Positions 51,822 through 60,541 of a DNA stretch of 64,000 nucleotides are shown in pieces (the stretch's first letter is position 1; each line of letters starts with the position of its first letter). The position numbers were made by a program, and so were the translations under genes. Under the pieces are notes generated by a model that saw only the letters and a program-made list of their open reading frames with translations, did no database searches and was not told the origin of the DNA. The DNA comes from Candidatus Poribacteria bacterium (GTDB lineage Bacteria; Poribacteria; WGA-4E; WGA-3G), in NCBI GenBank assembly GCA_965197475.1, contig CBDANF010000003.1, forward strand, positions 832,001 to 896,000, in the 5' to 3' direction.

Positions 51822-53753
51822 CTATTTTGGATCTGCTGGTTGTTTACCTTGATAATACTCACCCAACACCTCATTGGCAAGACTTCTGCCATCCTCAATG
51901 ACACGTGCAGCGAAATCAAGTGTGACTTGCGAAATACGAGCTTCTTGTGCGCGCTGTTCAATACGGGTTTGAGTGATATTTCGCATAAAACCGGCAGGGA
52001 CTAAATTCAACCGTTCTATAGCATCTTCTGTCCATTCAAGGACACTTTCAATGTCAAAAGTCCTTTCAGTGTTTTGAGATTCAGTTTGCGCTTGCATGGC
52101 TCTGAGTTCGGGAGCATCTTCACGGACTGCTGCTGCTTCACCCATGCTGTCATCAATGATCTGCGTGGCGAAATCATTTGTGATAGTACCGATCTTTTGG
52201 GAACGTGCGGATTTTTCGATTCGCGCTTTCACATTGCGCCGCATATAGCCGCGTGGCACGGTGCGCAGTGCTTTCTTTGCTTGGTCTGACCATTGCAATC
52301 GGACACCATCAAATGTCTCCTCTTCTGCAGTACCGCCTTCGTCAATAGCGATGTGCTCAATGGAATCTTTGTCAACCATCTGGAAACGTTCTGGCGGCGA
52401 ACTACAAACAGGACATTGGACGGGTTGTTGGTCATGTGCTGCGTAGCCACATTCGCCACAGATATAGGTTTGCACGGCACCCGCTTCCAAAACCTTCTGC
52501 TCAGCCATCTCTTTAGCGACTCGTGTTAGCTTTTCAGAAGCGCGTTGTGGCATAATCGCTTCCATCGCCTTGTCAATCACACTTTCGGTTATAACAGAAT
52601 GTCCACGCTCAATAGCAAACCGATGCACTGCGGTCTTCGCGATGCCACGCACTAGCGGGGGTGCTTTCTCCATCCGATCCATTGCCTCTTGTGTCCAAAC
52701 GAGGGTTTCTTCCGCTTTTACATCAATTTGGGGAAAATAACGTTGGCTTGACAGCAGCACGTTACAGGGAGCAAGACGTAAGAGGTTTTCAGCTGTACTG
52801 CCGATGTCCGAATCTTGTTCATTATGGACACCAATTCTGCCTAAAACGAGGAGCCACGGGTTAGTTTTACGGGTGTATTGTAGTATTTTTTCATAAGCTT
52901 TTCCATCGAGGAGTGTGATTTTTAGTTGATAGTCGTGTTCTTCTTTTGCTATAGAACGGGCAACTTCAAGGTGCGATTGATATATTTTTGCAAGCCCGGT
53001 ATCTATTACCTCTTCATGCAGCTGCTCCTGCTCTTTAAATCTGAATGTTCTCGCGGCTCGTTCAGTTAGCACATTTACAACGGAATTGAAAACGATATAG
53101 TGTAGATAGGGATCATATACGCCTACGGCTTCCACCTGTCTGTTGAACTTTTGCCCAAGGTAGATAGCGGTTTTCAACCCAGAAAAAGATTCAGGACTCC
53201 CGTCAATTCCGACGAGGATATTTCCGCTTTGTTCTTCAATAGGTTCAAGGTTTCGGACAACAAGCGTATCGGTAGTGATACGGCGGACAACACGTTCACA
53301 TACGCCACCGATTAGGCTATCCTTAACAGCACCCATACCGAGTGCGCCCATAATAACCAGATCGTAATCGCTTTCTTGAATGTCCTCAACCAGTTTGATG
53401 TAGTGCTTGCCTTCAGGCATTTTCGGTTCAAATGGAATGTCATGTTTTTCGCACTTCAGTTTCATTACCTCAAGATAGGAATCTGAAATAAGTTGGAGTC
53501 CCATGGTAATGAGTGTGTCATGGATGCGGCGCTGCTTTTCGAGTTCAACCTCATCCTGATACTCCTCCGGCAAGGTATACTCCATCTGTTTGAAGCGTAC
53601 ATCGTGCATTTTTGCAGCGTAGACGTGTGAACCAACCAGCTGCGAATTAAATTTTTTTGCGAATTCAACAGCTAAGTCTATACTGGCATCCGAATAGTCA
53701 GAATTATCTACCGGCACATAAATTTTTTTCATAATCTTTTTCTCACTTGTCAT
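51822..53753 (-). CDS. Tandem USP plus three PCP_red domains plus rubredoxin-like domain
   Basis: IYVPVDNS / ILVGIDGS USP starts; CGECGY...CPVC; three W(T/S)..A..R...P repeats. Confidence 0.85.
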   Translation of the reverse strand: MTSEKKIMKKIYVPVDNSDYSDASIDLAVEFAKKFNSQLVGSHVYAAKMHDVRFKQMEYTLPEEYQDEVELEKQRRIHDTLITMGLQLISDSYLEVMKLKCEKHDIPFEPKMPEGKHYIKLVEDIQESDYDLVIMGALGMGAVKDSLIGGVCERVVRRITTDTLVVRNLEPIEEQSGNILVGIDGSPESFSGLKTAIYLGQKFNRQVEAVGVYDPYLHYIVFNSVVNVLTERAARTFRFKEQEQLHEEVIDTGLAKIYQSHLEVARSIAKEEHDYQLKITLLDGKAYEKILQYTRKTNPWLLVLGRIGVHNEQDSDIGSTAENLLRLAPCNVLLSSQRYFPQIDVKAEETLVWTQEAMDRMEKAPPLVRGIAKTAVHRFAIERGHSVITESVIDKAMEAIMPQRASEKLTRVAKEMAEQKVLEAGAVQTYICGECGYAAHDQQPVQCPVCSSPPERFQMVDKDSIEHIAIDEGGTAEEETFDGVRLQWSDQAKKALRTVPRGYMRRNVKARIEKSARSQKIGTITNDFATQIIDDSMGEAAAVREDAPELRAMQAQTESQNTERTFDIESVLEWTEDAIERLNLVPAGFMRNITQTRIEQRAQEARISQVTLDFAARVIEDGRSLANEVLGEYYQGKQPADPK

Positions 53754-53754
53754 T

Positions 53755-53885
53755 TATAGTATAATCTAAAAGTATGTGAACATTCCCATGGTAGGTACGT
53801 TTCCTAACCGCACCATTTACTCAATCCCGGTACGGTTAGGAAACCGCACCTACCACAGTGTATAATAATTATGGATTTTACTATA
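53755..53885. mobile_element. IS630-type MITE containing an inverted REP pair
   Basis: tatagtataatc...gattttactata; ggtaggtacgtttcctaaccgcacc / ggtacggttaggaaaccgcacctacc. Confidence 0.7.
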
Positions 53886-53888
53886 AAA

Positions 53889-54102
53889 ACCCAAGTTGCC
53901 ACCTTTGCCACCTATACCATGAAAAACGTCATCTACACAGAATTTTCAGATAAGTACTGCTCACAGTTACTGGACATACCACCCTGCTGGAGTGGAAGAA
54001 AGGACTAGCTTTTTTCTATAAACATATCGCTCCGCTGGAGCGAAAGATTAAACACCCTAACCATAAGGGAATTGATCGATTTTCAAAGGTAGCAACTTGG
54101 GT
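53889..54102. mobile_element. MITE-A (IS982-like ACCC ends)
   Basis: TIR acccaagttgccacct / aggtagcaacttgggt; 7-bp TSD tataaaa. Confidence 0.8.
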
Positions 54103-54118
54103 TATAAAAGAAAGGAGC

Positions 54119-54391
54119 TCACTCTGTTTCCGTATTATCAAAAGGCTTGTAGCGAGCACCAATGATACCTCCAAGGATGTGTGCTATCAGGACTGCTGGC
54201 CATAAGTACACCATAGCTGTTTGCCATTGCCAGTGGAGAATAAAACGCCGCACAACAATATTAAGCACAATCGGAATATATAAACATCTGCTCCAAGGAC
54301 GACTGAATTTTTTATACCGTACACGAAAAAATCCAAACGGGAAATGAACCACAAATGCTGCGATGGAAATTAAGAGGTTCAGATCCTTCAT
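54119..54391 (-). CDS. Small membrane protein
   Basis: PFGFFR..KKFSRPW...IP; coupled to the SCO gene. Confidence 0.7.
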   Translation of the reverse strand: MKDLNLLISIAAFVVHFPFGFFRVRYKKFSRPWSRCLYIPIVLNIVVRRFILHWQWQTAMVYLWPAVLIAHILGGIIGARYKPFDNTETE

Positions 54392-55023
54392 TTTCCGAGA
54401 AGTGTTTTGACATCCTTACGTAAACGTGTCATCATTGGTTTGCTGCGACTATCGTAATAGCCGTGAATGTTTCCATCTGGTGCAACGAGAACAAACCTTG
54501 TGCTATGGGGAAACGCACCTTCGTGATGTGCAGCAGCTAATTTAAAACCTTTGTTAGCCAATTGGTAAATTTGTTCCTTTTCACCCGTTAGGAAATGCCA
54601 TCGTTGTTCGTCTGCACCATATCGCCCCGCATAACGCGAGAGAACTTCTGACGTATCTCGCTCCGGATCCACTGTGAAAGAAACAAAATAGACAGGTTCT
54701 GAGTCAAATTCCGATTGCAGGTTTACCATTTCCTGCGTCATCACAGGACAAATCGTAGGACAGTGGGTGAAAATAAAATCTGCAACCCAGATCTTTCCCA
54801 CCATATCAGATAAGCCTAACGGTTGTCCTTGCTGGTTCATCAGACTAAAATCGGGAACCTTCGCTGCAACAACATCAGTCCCAGAATCCGGTTTTTTATT
54901 GAAGACTGACCATAAATTGAGAACAGCAATACCGATTATGATGACACCCAACACGACCCACAACAGTGTGATCTTTTCAAGTCTGCGTTCGTCTTGATCA
55001 AGGTTGTCAGTCTGATTCTCCAT
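54388..55023 (-). CDS. SCO1/SenC copper chaperone
   Basis: FTHCPTICP, VDPERDT, HSTRFVLV. Confidence 0.93.
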   Translation of the reverse strand: MENQTDNLDQDERRLEKITLLWVVLGVIIIGIAVLNLWSVFNKKPDSGTDVVAAKVPDFSLMNQQGQPLGLSDMVGKIWVADFIFTHCPTICPVMTQEMVNLQSEFDSEPVYFVSFTVDPERDTSEVLSRYAGRYGADEQRWHFLTGEKEQIYQLANKGFKLAAAHHEGAFPHSTRFVLVAPDGNIHGYYDSRSKPMMTRLRKDVKTLLGK

Positions 55024-55068
55024 AATTGCCGCGCCTACAGCGGACAGGATTAAGTAACTGTCCGTACC

Positions 55069-55410
55069 TTAGTGAGAGTTCGTATCAACAACTTCTGCCG
55101 GTTTTTCAACGCCTGCGTGCCGTGTTTTTGAAGTTAGATCGGGCATCAGCATAATGACAAGGAAAACACAGATGAGAAAAGGTGTAATAACGATAACCGC
55201 CAAAGTGCGCTTTTCAAACTTTAGATGCATGAAATAAGTAGCAACTAAGAAAGCCTTACTGCATGCCAAACCGATAAGTAGTATGACTTTGAGGGCGGTA
55301 GGGAAATCCGGGATAACTATGAGAACCTCAACGACTGTCAACCCAGCAAGCCACCAAAAAATAGTCATGTACTTCGGATGCTCATTATGTCCGTTCTGTG
55401 CCATATTCAT
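55069..55410 (-). CDS. Cytochrome c oxidase subunit IV
   Basis: LTVVEV, KAFLVATYFMHLKFE. Confidence 0.88.
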   Translation of the reverse strand: MNMAQNGHNEHPKYMTIFWWLAGLTVVEVLIVIPDFPTALKVILLIGLACSKAFLVATYFMHLKFEKRTLAVIVITPFLICVFLVIMLMPDLTSKTRHAGVEKPAEVVDTNSH

Positions 55411-55416
55411 GTCCTC

Positions 55417-56067
55417 CTATATTAAATAGATAAAGGTGAAAACCATAATCCAAATAAGGTCAACGAAGTGCCAATAAAGCCCAACAATTTCCACTTCATG
55501 GTTAAACTCGGCAGTATAACGCCCCGACCATCCGTTTCTCAATATAACGATAAGATAAATCACGCCACCGGTTACGTGTAGCCCGTGGAAACCTGTGATA
55601 GCGTAGAAAGTAGGACCAAAAAGCGTAGAGCCGCTAATTACCGCATCAGATAGACCATGTTCAGGAATTCCAGTAAGCGTCAATCCGTGTTTAATTAAAT
55701 GATACCATTCATACGCCTGCAATCCGAGGAAGATAATACCACCTAAAATCGTTAAACCCAGAAAATCACACATTCTACCGACGTTGCCTTTTTGAATTGA
55801 CTCTAACGCTTTAACCATTGTGACGCTACTACAAATCAAGAGGAACGTCATAAAAGCAGTCAAGGAAATACCGAGTATTTCGTTTGGTGGGACCCATCCG
55901 ATTACACCTGCACCTATTCGGATTGCTGCATAAGCCGCGAGCAATGCGCCAAATGACATTGTATCGCCAATCAGGAAAACCCACATGCCGAGTTTTCCAA
56001 GGCTATCAGGCGTAAGCGATGGTTCGTATATGTCTTCAGTATGTTCTAAAGTGGTAGCTTGTTCCAC
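55417..56067 (-). CDS. Cytochrome c oxidase subunit III
   Basis: KLGMWVFL, TGFHGLHV, GLYWHFVDLIW. Confidence 0.92.
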   Translation of the reverse strand: MEQATTLEHTEDIYEPSLTPDSLGKLGMWVFLIGDTMSFGALLAAYAAIRIGAGVIGWVPPNEILGISLTAFMTFLLICSSVTMVKALESIQKGNVGRMCDFLGLTILGGIIFLGLQAYEWYHLIKHGLTLTGIPEHGLSDAVISGSTLFGPTFYAITGFHGLHVTGGVIYLIVILRNGWSGRYTAEFNHEVEIVGLYWHFVDLIWIMVFTFIYLI

Positions 56068-56236
56068 TATACTAAGCTCCTTTTCTATAATTTATACACT
56101 GTGGTAGGGCGGTTTGAAACTGCGCCTACAATGGATTCACATATTTTTTGATTTTACTAATTTGATTAGAAGTTTTCTCATAAAGTGCGTGTTTGCGAGG
56201 CTTAGAAGACCTCGCGCTACAACGAGTGATTAGGGA

Positions 56237-57106
56237 TTAATGCGTGCCTACTTCAATTCGGGCATCCGCAATTGCTGCAATCTCACTGTCAATCTCAAAT
56301 CCGATAAAATCTCGTCCTTCCTTACGCGCTGCTATCCCAGTAGAACCTGACCCTGCAAAAGGATCGCAGACGACAGAACCTTCAGCAGAGAAAATTCTAA
56401 TTAAGTGTCGCAACAAAGGAACTGGTTTGGCAGCAATGTGCCCAAATTTCTCACGCGGTTTAGAAACGGGAATGACAGTTCCAGGAAAACGGTGTTTTTC
56501 AACAACCGGATCAGATACGTCAATCAGTCCAGTCTGATGTTGAAGCCAATTGTCCACGAACGTCCCTTCACGCGGGGACTGTGCCAAGATAACAAGTTCC
56601 ATCTGTGGCTTGAGTTGTGGTGTTTTCCTACCGCCCAAAGCCTTAATTATCCTCTCTTTTTCATCAACCGGCAGATCACGTTTGCGGACGAAGTGGTCTT
56701 GTGTAAACGCTTTAGCTTGTCCCTCATATCGCCACGCCAACATATCCCGTATTTCAAAACCTGCATCCTCTATAGCGAGTGTCGCTCGATGCGAAAGTCT
56801 TGGGTGCGAAAAACATAGCACAAACCCGCCCGGTTTGATAATTCTAAACCATTGTTCTGCTATCGGTTTTAAGAATCGATATAGATTATGTCCTTGAGCT
56901 CGGTCAAACTTCATCCCGACAGGCAACCCGCCCACAACACCTTTTTTCTGCCTGGATCGTATTCGTTGTGTATCCCAACTGTCATCCATTCCATCAAGGA
57001 AATAGGGCGGGTCAGTTAAAATGAGAGACACACTTTGCGGTGCAACTTTTGACATCCCTTTTCGGCAGTCTATACACTCGATCCGGGAGTCAAAACTTTT
57101 TTTCAT
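56237..57106 (-). CDS. Orphan DNA methyltransferase (beta class)
   Basis: TDPPY, KP, DPFAGSGST. Confidence 0.9.
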   Translation of the reverse strand: MKKSFDSRIECIDCRKGMSKVAPQSVSLILTDPPYFLDGMDDSWDTQRIRSRQKKGVVGGLPVGMKFDRAQGHNLYRFLKPIAEQWFRIIKPGGFVLCFSHPRLSHRATLAIEDAGFEIRDMLAWRYEGQAKAFTQDHFVRKRDLPVDEKERIIKALGGRKTPQLKPQMELVILAQSPREGTFVDNWLQHQTGLIDVSDPVVEKHRFPGTVIPVSKPREKFGHIAAKPVPLLRHLIRIFSAEGSVVCDPFAGSGSTGIAARKEGRDFIGFEIDSEIAAIADARIEVGTH

Positions 57107-57148
57107 TATTGCACCGCTAAAATTAAATTTCCTTCAGAGGAATATGCC

Positions 57149-57388
57149 TTATGCTTTCAAATCTTTGTTAGCACGCCGGAAATGATAGAAAACGCTGCCG
57201 CCAACAATACCGAAAACCGTGAACGGCATCGCCATCATAAAAAGCACACTCCAATTAAAACCTCTGGCAATCGGTTCATCAAGGTTTTTACAAGCGGGAC
57301 ATGCTTCAAGGGTGGCAGGAATAATTGAACTCACAAATCCGATAATGAGAACCCATAAAAGAATTTGGCGAATCATACGCGTCTCCAT
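57149..57388 (-). CDS. Small membrane protein with ACPAC motif (oxidase-associated)
   Basis: Signal-like N-terminus, ACPAC, GFNWSVLFMMAMP. Confidence 0.7.
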   Translation of the reverse strand: METRMIRQILLWVLIIGFVSSIIPATLEACPACKNLDEPIARGFNWSVLFMMAMPFTVFGIVGGSVFYHFRRANKDLKA

Positions 57389-57981
57389 TAAGCGATATAT
57401 ACCAAGAAGTAGAGGATCGGCCACAACGCGACCACAAAAATCCAATAAATCGTACAGGTTTCAACACCAGTATAACTAACAGCGGAAAACCTTCCTGCAA
57501 CCGCCATACCAACAACAATCACCAGCCAAATTACTGCTCCTAACACATGAACCGCATGACATCCGATAAGCACATAAAAGATACCACCATACACGCCAGA
57601 CTGCAGCGTCAATCCGTTTCGGACAAGTTGTACCCATTCACTCCCTTGGATTACCAGAAATAGCAATCCTAACGTCCCTGTGAATATCAACCAATTGCGA
57701 AGTTGCTTCACTCGATCTTTCTGAATTGCACACAGTGCCTGAAACATCGTATAGCCGCTTATAATTAGCAGTACGGTATTGATACCTGTTACTACGCGTG
57801 GTAGTTGGATGTCAGCGTGCGACAATGGGGGCCATGTAACATTCCCCATCCGAAATACCAGAAATGCCCCGATCAAACCGACGAATAACATCGTCTCAGC
57901 ACCGAGTAGGATTAAAACTGCCAATTTAGCGTTACTCAATGGGCGATTTTTGGTGATTTCCATTTCACTCTGTACCATCAT
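57388..57981 (-). CDS. Cytochrome c oxidase subunit III (second paralog)
   Basis: ETMLFVGL, HAVHV, YWIFVVALW. Confidence 0.9.
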   Translation of the reverse strand: MMVQSEMEITKNRPLSNAKLAVLILLGAETMLFVGLIGAFLVFRMGNVTWPPLSHADIQLPRVVTGINTVLLIISGYTMFQALCAIQKDRVKQLRNWLIFTGTLGLLFLVIQGSEWVQLVRNGLTLQSGVYGGIFYVLIGCHAVHVLGAVIWLVIVVGMAVAGRFSAVSYTGVETCTIYWIFVVALWPILYFLVYIA

Positions 57982-58218
57982 CCACGGATTCTACTTTTTA
58001 CAATTTTAACGATAACCTCAATAAGTGCAGCACCTATCAGACAGCATCCGATAATACCTGCTATTACTGTGGTCACCACGGAAACAACTTTTTTTACGGA
58101 AGGCGGTGCTTCAAATCCCACCACTAACGCTAACGTTGTGATGGAAAACAATCCGATAAACAGTAAACACAATATAATGCCTACTTTGCGATTTCGTTTG
58201 CGGCGTTCGTTCGCTCAT
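57978..58218 (-). pseudogene. Small membrane protein frameshifted by a 4-bp duplication at 58204-58211
   Basis: Removing one gaac gives MSERRKRNRKVGIILCLL..., with ATGA overlaps at both ends. Confidence 0.6.
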
Positions 58219-58559
58219 GAGTTCTCCAAGGGATCTGGCCCATAACGGTTTGCACCATCTGTTCCTTTAAGAAATCCCAATTCAACAAGGGTCCAAATGG
58301 CCCCTATAATTGGGATAAACCCGATCAATATCCACCAAGCTGATTTATCACGATCATGCCAGCGTTTCGCGGATATTGCTAAGCCTGGCCAAATTGCTAT
58401 GATAGAATAGAGAATGTAAAGGACCATTCCAACTTCACCAATTGTGACAGACAGAAGTAAGACGATAAACGGAGCAACACTTAATATCAGAACCATCAAC
58501 CAGTATTTTGCGCGATTGATTCTACCATTAAATGAAAACAGCAACTCGTTAAGACTCAT
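58215..58559 (-). CDS. DUF805 membrane protein
   Basis: FSFNGRINRAKYW, KRWHDRDKS, NRYGPDP. Confidence 0.92.
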   Translation of the reverse strand: MSLNELLFSFNGRINRAKYWLMVLILSVAPFIVLLLSVTIGEVGMVLYILYSIIAIWPGLAISAKRWHDRDKSAWWILIGFIPIIGAIWTLVELGFLKGTDGANRYGPDPLENS

Positions 58560-58588
58560 ATTGATCTCCTTTTCACTAGTAAGTTTGT

Positions 58589-59512
58589 TTATATTTTGTC
58601 AATTGCCATCGTAATAAATATTAGCGGCAGATACAGTAGAGATGCGTATAGTACATATCGTGCTGCTTTCACTGAGTGTGTTTTTTCTAAATAGATGCCA
58701 CTCGCCAGAAACATACCACCTATTAATAGCGCAGCGAAAAAGTAAATTCCTCCTGCAATGTTGAAAAGCGTAGGAAGAAGACCGATACCGAATAGTGCAA
58801 GGCAGTTGATTACAATCTGACGGCGTGTGCTTGTTCCATCAGGGTGTATAACTGGCAACAACTTCAATCCAGCTTTTGCGTAGTCCTCACGGTATATATA
58901 TGCTATTGCCAGAGAATGCGGAAGTTGCCATAAAAAGAGAATGGCAAATAATACCCATGCTTGACTTGTTAGCGTGTCTCGGGCTGCAACCCATCCAACG
59001 ACAGGTGGTAAAGCACCAGGAAACGCCCCGATAATGGTGCACAACGATGTTTTCCGCTTGAGCGGTGTATATACAAACAGATAACTGACCACTATTAGGG
59101 AAATAACAAACCCGCTAAGCGGATTTACGATAAACGTCAAGTAAAGCATACCACTCCCTGTAAGCCCTATACAGAAAAGCAGTGCTTCTATCGGACGCAT
59201 CCTTCCTGCTGGAAGGGGTCTTTGCTGTGTTCGTGGCATCTGAGAATCTACATCACGTTCCAGATATTGGTTAAGACCTAAGACACCTGCTGCTGTTAAC
59301 CCCGCACCAATAAGCGTGTGTAGAAAGAGCAACCAATTTACCGCATTATGTGTGCCGAGATAAAAACCTGCAGCGGTCGTAACCAATATCATCAGTACCA
59401 ATCGCGGTTTGATGAGTTCCAGATAATCTTCTGCTCGCCTCACGAAAACTGAGGATCTTGAAGGTGGATTTGCCACATCTCTATTTTCAGGTAATACTGC
59501 TGTTGAACGCAT
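58589..59512 (-). CDS. cyoE: Protoheme IX farnesyltransferase (heme O synthase)
   Basis: LIKPR, ERDVD..M.RT..RPLP.GR, YTPLKR, WQLPH. Confidence 0.93.
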   Translation of the reverse strand: MRSTAVLPENRDVANPPSRSSVFVRRAEDYLELIKPRLVLMILVTTAAGFYLGTHNAVNWLLFLHTLIGAGLTAAGVLGLNQYLERDVDSQMPRTQQRPLPAGRMRPIEALLFCIGLTGSGMLYLTFIVNPLSGFVISLIVVSYLFVYTPLKRKTSLCTIIGAFPGALPPVVGWVAARDTLTSQAWVLFAILFLWQLPHSLAIAYIYREDYAKAGLKLLPVIHPDGTSTRRQIVINCLALFGIGLLPTLFNIAGGIYFFAALLIGGMFLASGIYLEKTHSVKAARYVLYASLLYLPLIFITMAIDKI

Positions 59513-59522
59513 TTTAATTATC

Positions 59523-60476
59523 TCATTCTGTAACCAGCGTATTGCTGACAGGGGTTTCTATAGGAATTGACGTATCTGTAAATCGGAAAATTTTCAATGT
59601 AATCACAAAACTACTCACCAACATCAGTGCACCGACTGCTACATGAGCAGTCGTAATAATATCTGTGAGTAGTGCTGATGCTGTTGCACCAAAAGCAGTT
59701 TGTTTGGTAATATAGGCTCCAACACCGAGCATCAACTGTACTGCAAGTAAACCAAGCAATAGCAAAGGCAACGACTGACCAATACTTTGGGTGTCCCCGC
59801 CCGGACTAAAGAACCGTCTTGCCAATAAGAAAATATGAAGTGCTACCAAGAATGCAAAAAGAAGATGTGCATCAAGTCTATTTCCTGTATGCCGTAAAAC
59901 TGCACCGAAGATGAGCTGAACATATATCAGGCAGGTTGTAATTAGGCTTAACCTTCTTAATTTTTTTGCGAGAACGTCTTCTATTTGTCTTTCGGGTTGG
60001 TTTTCAAACCAATCTCGTGAGGTAAACCAACATATTCCGCATAGCAGCGCAAAAAATGTTTGTGCCAGACACGCATGCACAATAGCTAAATTAAGATTAA
60101 GCTTCGTAACTCGGAGTCCACCAAGGACTCCCTGCACGCTCACACCGATGAGTGCTGCAAGTCCAAGCCATTTTATCCACCTGCGTGAGTCTTTCACTAT
60201 CAGCATGATAAACAGGACTATCGTTAACAGTCCAACTAACGAACCCATCAAGCGATGGCTATGTTCATATAGGATGCCACCCACCATCTCTGATAATGGA
60301 TAGTCAAACATGTTATATCCGAAACTCGTCGGCCAATCTGGTACTGCCAATCCTGATTCCGTGCTTGTAACAATCCCTCCAATAACAATCAATAGAAAAG
60401 TTGCCCCTGCGGTGAGGAGTGCTATCCGATAAAGCCAAGGGCTATAACTGATTTGCTTCTTCATGCTAATTTCCAC
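59523..60476 (-). CDS. ctaA: Heme A synthase (COX15/CtaA)
   Basis: SGLAVPDWP, EHSHR, QGVLGGLRV. Confidence 0.88.
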   Translation of the reverse strand: MEISMKKQISYSPWLYRIALLTAGATFLLIVIGGIVTSTESGLAVPDWPTSFGYNMFDYPLSEMVGGILYEHSHRLMGSLVGLLTIVLFIMLIVKDSRRWIKWLGLAALIGVSVQGVLGGLRVTKLNLNLAIVHACLAQTFFALLCGICWFTSRDWFENQPERQIEDVLAKKLRRLSLITTCLIYVQLIFGAVLRHTGNRLDAHLLFAFLVALHIFLLARRFFSPGGDTQSIGQSLPLLLLGLLAVQLMLGVGAYITKQTAFGATASALLTDIITTAHVAVGALMLVSSFVITLKIFRFTDTSIPIETPVSNTLVTE

Positions 60477-60541
60477 CGAGGTGGCTTCCTCTGGTAGGCT
60501 CGGTCTTTAACCGCGCCTATTCTACGACGTGCCTATCTCAG

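Noticed and set aside
41127-53753. Photosynthesis (DPOR) genes implied by PCP_red domains
   Set aside because: No nitrogenase-like BchN/BchB catalytic domains are present; only the small C-terminal domain.
41550-58559. Integron cassette array
   Set aside because: No integrase and no consistent attC (RYYYAAC...GTTRRRY) sites seen.
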